Below are positions 28,535 through 32,515 of a DNA stretch of 32,515 nt, piece by piece. Source of the stretch: an uncultured archaeon. Its GTDB lineage: Archaea > Asgardarchaeota > Lokiarchaeia > Sigyniarchaeales > SOKP01. The stretch covers positions 1 to 32,515 of the forward strand of contig CAZGJX010000043.1 of the NCBI GenBank assembly GCA_964525635.1, given 5' to 3'. The translations under genes were made by a program, and so were the position numbers. Below the pieces are notes generated by a model that was not told the origin of the DNA, searched no databases, and saw only the letters and a program-made list of their open reading frames with translations. The stretch's first letter is position 1. Each line of letters starts with the position of its first letter.

Positions 28535-29125
28535 TTATTTTTTTGGTAATATAAGAGAAATATCATAATAACCAAGATCTTGACCTACTACTTTCTTTAT
28601 CCAAATATTATTATTCATAATTTTTTGAAAATATTTAAAATCTGATGGAGATAATAAATCATTTATAAGAGATATTTTTTCATTTATTGGGAATTCAGGG
28701 AATTCAATTAATTTTGTATTAGCTGAAATTCCTTTGAGCTTTAATAGAAGATTTAATATTTTTAAATAATCACTATTATATTTTTCCAAGGTTTTAAAAT
28801 ATCCTTGAACCGTAGAAGGAGTAATATTAAATTTTTTTGCTATATCAGATATATTTAATTCAAGTGCCTTTAATTGAAGTGCTATTTCAATTTTTCTTGA
28901 CCTTGAATGAATATTACTTTTTTTAGATTTAGGTTTTTTTTCAATTGTAATCAATTCAATTAGTTTATGTTTTTTTAACCATCTTAAAAATTTAGCATTA
29001 TTATTTTTTTGATTTATTAAATCAGTTGGAATTTTAACTGATTTATTATTCTCAATAGCTTTATCAATTATTTTTATAAAATCTCCAAATGATATTCTAA
29101 GCGATTTAATTTCAATAGAATCCAA
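28535..29125 (-). CDS. HTH-containing putative DNA-binding protein
   Basis: 'LNISDIAKKFNITPSTVQGYFKTLE'; starts 9 nt after the stop of the upstream ATPase gene. Confidence 0.7.
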   Translation of the reverse strand: MDSIEIKSLRISFGDFIKIIDKAIENNKSVKIPTDLINQKNNNAKFLRWLKKHKLIELITIEKKPKSKKSNIHSRSRKIEIALQLKALELNISDIAKKFNITPSTVQGYFKTLEKYNSDYLKILNLLLKLKGISANTKLIEFPEFPINEKISLINDLLSPSDFKYFQKIMNNNIWIKKVVGQDLGYYDISLILPKK

Positions 29126-29134
29126 ATTAATGAT

Positions 29135-31333
29135 TTATTCACTACCTTTATTTGTTATATTTTGTATTTCTTTAAAGATTTGAATCATCAAACTCTCCGG
29201 ATCATTTTTACAATCTGATTTATCAAAATAATCCCAATTAAATTCTATACGCTCATTTTTTTCTCTTATAATATTATTTAATTTAAGATATTCTAATGCT
29301 TCATCAAAAGAATTTTTTAACAGAGGTTGTTTTATAGAATTTTTAACAGTTTTAATAGTTCTATATGAATATACTTTATTTCTACTTCCCATACTAGTTA
29401 TTATTTCTACAGCTGTTCTTTTGGAAGTTTCATCAATATTTCGTAATTTTTTTAAGAGTTCAAGATAAGATTCTTCCTTAAATTGAACTTGGGGTGGTGG
29501 TTTTGCATCTGAGTTTTTTTTTACAATTGGAATCTCTTCCTCCTCAGTTAAAAATAAATTTGTTAGTTTTCCATGAAAATCTTTATTCAATAATCTTAAT
29601 AATTTATCAAAATCTTCAAATTTTTCACTAAGTTGAGTGTAATTTGTTTTTCCTAAACCAACAAGACAATTTAGAAGTGTTTGATCATTAATAATTATGG
29701 GAATTATCAATTGTAAATCAATATTGGAATCAAAATATCCAAAATTTTTCCATTTATGAAGACTTTTTCTAACAAAATCTTCAGTTAAATTTTTACAAAA
29801 GATGAAAAAAATCACTATCGAATTTTTATTTTTTACACAATTAATAACTTGTTTTGATTTTCCTAAATCAAATGATTCAGGTTCTCCAAATGATTTAATT
29901 TCAGCAAATATTTCAATATTACCTCCTTTAATAGCCATAAATTTACCATCTATTAATTTTCCATTTCCCACGTCAATATGTTTTTTAACAAAATGAAAAT
30001 TTAGAAAATTTAAAAAACTTGAAAAAATAGGTTCTATAATATTCCCAATTGTTAAATAATGAGTACCATGTTTTTCTGCTGTATTATATTCATTTTGACC
30101 TTGTTTTATTTCATCTGTTAGATTTATAAATGATTTAATTGAAGAAATGATCGCTTGATTTGCTTTTCTTCTCGAAAGTTTTTTATCAATTTTATTTTCT
30201 AGAGTTGGTAGAAAAGTACTAAAGATTTCCAGATCTGCTTTTTTATATGCTTTTTCTAATAAAATGAGCCATTTTAACACAGCTTCTTGTGCTTCATCGT
30301 CCTGATATACACCTTGCTCTCTAACGTGAACATATGATCCAGAAGGAGTTACTTTCATCATTTCTGTAGATAATCTTTGTATTCCAGGGGCTCTATCACT
30401 TTGTTCGCTTCTAATTGATTCAAAAACTCTTGAAGTTAAACAGAAAATTTGATATAATCGAAAATCTGAAAGTCTATCTAATAATTTTCGAAAAAAGTAT
30501 TGTCTTTTTAAAAAATTTTTACTCCAAATTGAATCCTCCTCCACTTTTGATAACCAATCATCACACTCATCATACATAAATAAGAAGACAATTTTATACT
30601 TTGAAGCAAACGCCATTATATCAAAAACTATTTTTAATAAACGTTCTTCATCAATTAATGGTAATTGAGAGATTTCATATCTAATATTAGAGATTTTTTT
30701 ATCTATTCCTGGGGAACTCTCTATAATTCTTTCAAGTTCTATTAAATTTCTATTAATCTTATCCAGATGCTCAGGAGCATTTTTTGCTTTTCTAAATTCT
30801 ACTAATAAGTTTAGAAAATTTTCAAATGAATAAGTATCGTCTTTAAAATCTTCAGAATCCTGGTATAATTCTATTTGTTTTGTTAAAATACGAGCAGTTT
30901 CATTTTCAATTTGCTCTCCTAAAAATGTTGCAGTTAAATCAACTGTACCATTAAAAACAACAGGAATAGTACAAGAATAAGGCGGATTCTTACTAATTCT
31001 ATTATCATAAATTATACTCTTTATTAATTCAATATATTGAGTTTTAGAACCACCATACTCTGATTCATAGTATTGAGCTCCAGTCTCATTTTTATCATTA
31101 GTTGCGATTCTTCTAATATTATTATCAAATTCTCTAAAACCTTTCTTCATATTTTCTGAAAGTATTAATATAGTTTCTAATTTTTCTTTAAATCCCCCAC
31201 TTTGTAAATGTTCTGATTTTAATATCGAAGTACCTTCATATTCCAATACCTCCAATATTCTCTTTGCAATATCTCGATTTATATTACTTAAATTGATTTC
31301 GAGTTGTCTATATTTTTTTTGTATAGATGTCAA
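29135..31333 (-). CDS. P-loop ATPase (BrxD/DUF2791-like, deviant Walker A) fused to a PD-(D/E)xK nuclease-like domain and a C-terminal wHTH-like domain
   Basis: 'IAKRILEVLEYEGT', 'ESEYGGSKT', Walker B 'FLFMYDECD', nuclease-like 'GNIIEPIF...LIDGKF...IFAEIKSF', C-terminal 'FDEALEYLKLNNIIRE'. Confidence 0.6.
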   Translation of the reverse strand: MTSIQKKYRQLEINLSNINRDIAKRILEVLEYEGTSILKSEHLQSGGFKEKLETILILSENMKKGFREFDNNIRRIATNDKNETGAQYYESEYGGSKTQYIELIKSIIYDNRISKNPPYSCTIPVVFNGTVDLTATFLGEQIENETARILTKQIELYQDSEDFKDDTYSFENFLNLLVEFRKAKNAPEHLDKINRNLIELERIIESSPGIDKKISNIRYEISQLPLIDEERLLKIVFDIMAFASKYKIVFLFMYDECDDWLSKVEEDSIWSKNFLKRQYFFRKLLDRLSDFRLYQIFCLTSRVFESIRSEQSDRAPGIQRLSTEMMKVTPSGSYVHVREQGVYQDDEAQEAVLKWLILLEKAYKKADLEIFSTFLPTLENKIDKKLSRRKANQAIISSIKSFINLTDEIKQGQNEYNTAEKHGTHYLTIGNIIEPIFSSFLNFLNFHFVKKHIDVGNGKLIDGKFMAIKGGNIEIFAEIKSFGEPESFDLGKSKQVINCVKNKNSIVIFFIFCKNLTEDFVRKSLHKWKNFGYFDSNIDLQLIIPIIINDQTLLNCLVGLGKTNYTQLSEKFEDFDKLLRLLNKDFHGKLTNLFLTEEEEIPIVKKNSDAKPPPQVQFKEESYLELLKKLRNIDETSKRTAVEIITSMGSRNKVYSYRTIKTVKNSIKQPLLKNSFDEALEYLKLNNIIREKNERIEFNWDYFDKSDCKNDPESLMIQIFKEIQNITNKGSE

Positions 31334-31713
31334 TTTACTATTCTTAATGTATAGATAATTATGTGATTTAATTTGTCTTTTTTTGATTAATATATTATAT
31401 AGGACCTATATATAAAGCTTTTTTAATATTTCAAAATTTGAGTGTAATTGGATTCTAGGTTAATAATTAAAATAATTAATTTTTATTTTAAGTTCAACAT
31501 CAACCATCTTTCCAAATCTAAATTCTTTAATATACAATCACAACTTCCAAAATATTACAATTAGAGAAAAAAACAAAAAAAGATTTCTTACAATATTATT
31601 TTTTTGTCCTTTTATAATCTATATATATGATTTAATAGAAATAGATTGATTTTAATTAGATTTTAAGATCTACTTCCATTGAAACTGAAATTTAAATTAT
31701 TAAAATTAAATTC

Positions 31714-32253
31714 TTAATAAAGAATTTCTTCTATGAAATGATCTTCATGTTCTTCTTCAACACATTCATCACATAAATAGACATGTTTGTCTGTATTTTC
31801 ATAACACTCTATACAATCCCATATTGCTTTTACTTTTTTTCCTTTATGTTTACAGGATGTACAATATTTAATACGAGTTCTACTTTTTGCAATAATACGA
31901 GGTGTATCATTCGCATGTTCTAAACTTTCAATATCCTCTAAAATAATAATATGATTTATATTAGCACCAAAATCATAGACATATTCCATTTTATTTCCTT
32001 TTGATAAATTTAGGTCATTAATTTTTCTTTTTTCTCCAAATCCAGAATTATCAGGTATCATTTCACCCAATTCTTTTGATTTCCAAGCAAGACCTGAAAA
32101 AAAACCACTTACATGATCCCATGTATCATAATTAAAAGCCTGACGTATTATATCATCAAAATCTCTAAGAGTTTGATCACCCTTTATTTCTATTCTACGC
32201 CATAAACCTTTTCGGTATTTTAAAGCAATCTTAAAAGTAAAAACACTTTCCAT
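31714..32253 (-). CDS. pRiA4b ORF-3 / IS1096 passenger TnpR family protein with C-terminal Cys/His Zn finger
   Basis: 'LWRRIEIKGDQTLRDFDDIIRQAF...DHVSGF...MEYVYDFGANINHIIILE'; tail 'CTSC...WDCIEC...LCDEC...HEDH'. Confidence 0.85.
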   Translation of the reverse strand: MESVFTFKIALKYRKGLWRRIEIKGDQTLRDFDDIIRQAFNYDTWDHVSGFFSGLAWKSKELGEMIPDNSGFGEKRKINDLNLSKGNKMEYVYDFGANINHIIILEDIESLEHANDTPRIIAKSRTRIKYCTSCKHKGKKVKAIWDCIECYENTDKHVYLCDECVEEEHEDHFIEEILY

Positions 32254-32515
32254 AGAGATAATAATTTTACTTAATCATATTTAATTTTTTATTTATCACT
32301 TGATATCTGTTATAACTTTATGTTATTTATTTTTTCCTTAGTATTTAATTTATTAGCTAATCCTTAAAGCAGATTGCTAAAAAGAGATTCATCAAAATAT
32401 TTATTTTCTATTATCTTTGAAAAAATGTTATAATTTTATAATAAATTTTATCAGTATGTGCTTTTAAATTTTTGATCAAATTATTTTTCATAATAAACTC
32501 TATAATGGTATGTAT

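Noticed and set aside
23397-29996. ORFs 23397-23630(-), 23581-23883(-) and 29802-29996(+)
   Set aside because: Antisense shadows of Lys/Glu-rich coding sequence
31420-31560. Minus-strand 'FGSCDCILKN' resembling the DUF2695 motif
   Set aside because: Immediately preceded by a stop codon, no start, and the match is too short to exclude chance
19695-32515. Integrated provirus or ICE bounded by att repeats
   Set aside because: No integrase, transposase, capsid, replication initiator or tRNA seen, and I found no repeat of the tuf 3' end by eye; an element extending beyond the window cannot be excluded

Overview
Very AT-rich archaeal chromosomal segment. The gene content (priL, priS, GINS15, nop10, aIF2-alpha, EF-1alpha, a profilin-like gene, membrane-anchored beta-propellers) points to an Asgard archaeon, probably Lokiarchaeia; this taxonomy is an inference. 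1-10.2 kb: GT-C glycosyltransferase, MscL, two hypotheticals, a profilin-like gene whose N-terminal ~70 codons are missed by the ORF track, and a priL-priS-gins15 >< nop10-aIF2alpha cluster. 10.5-17.8 kb: surface/secreted proteins (clan CD protease, propeller-TM-double-wHTH regulator, 8-repeat propeller). 18.4-19.7 kb: a stand-alone EF-1alpha. 19.9-32.3 kb is accessory and holds the best candidate for an undescribed system: a tightly packed operon encoding a stand-alone Cdc48 N-subdomain-like protein, an FtsK/HerA/VirB4-type ATPase, a small charged protein and a giant protein. The giant protein's C-terminal HNH-like domain is frameshifted off by an exact 10-bp tandem duplication, and it is followed by two intact and one decayed paralogous Cys-rich genes, an arrangement resembling a toxin-immunity array. 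A convergent BrxD-like ATPase/PD-(D/E)xK nuclease + wHTH pair and a pRiA4b-ORF3 gene with a B-box-like tail follow. No rRNA, tRNA, CRISPR array, integrase or transposase was seen. All family calls are by-eye motif recognition, not database searches.
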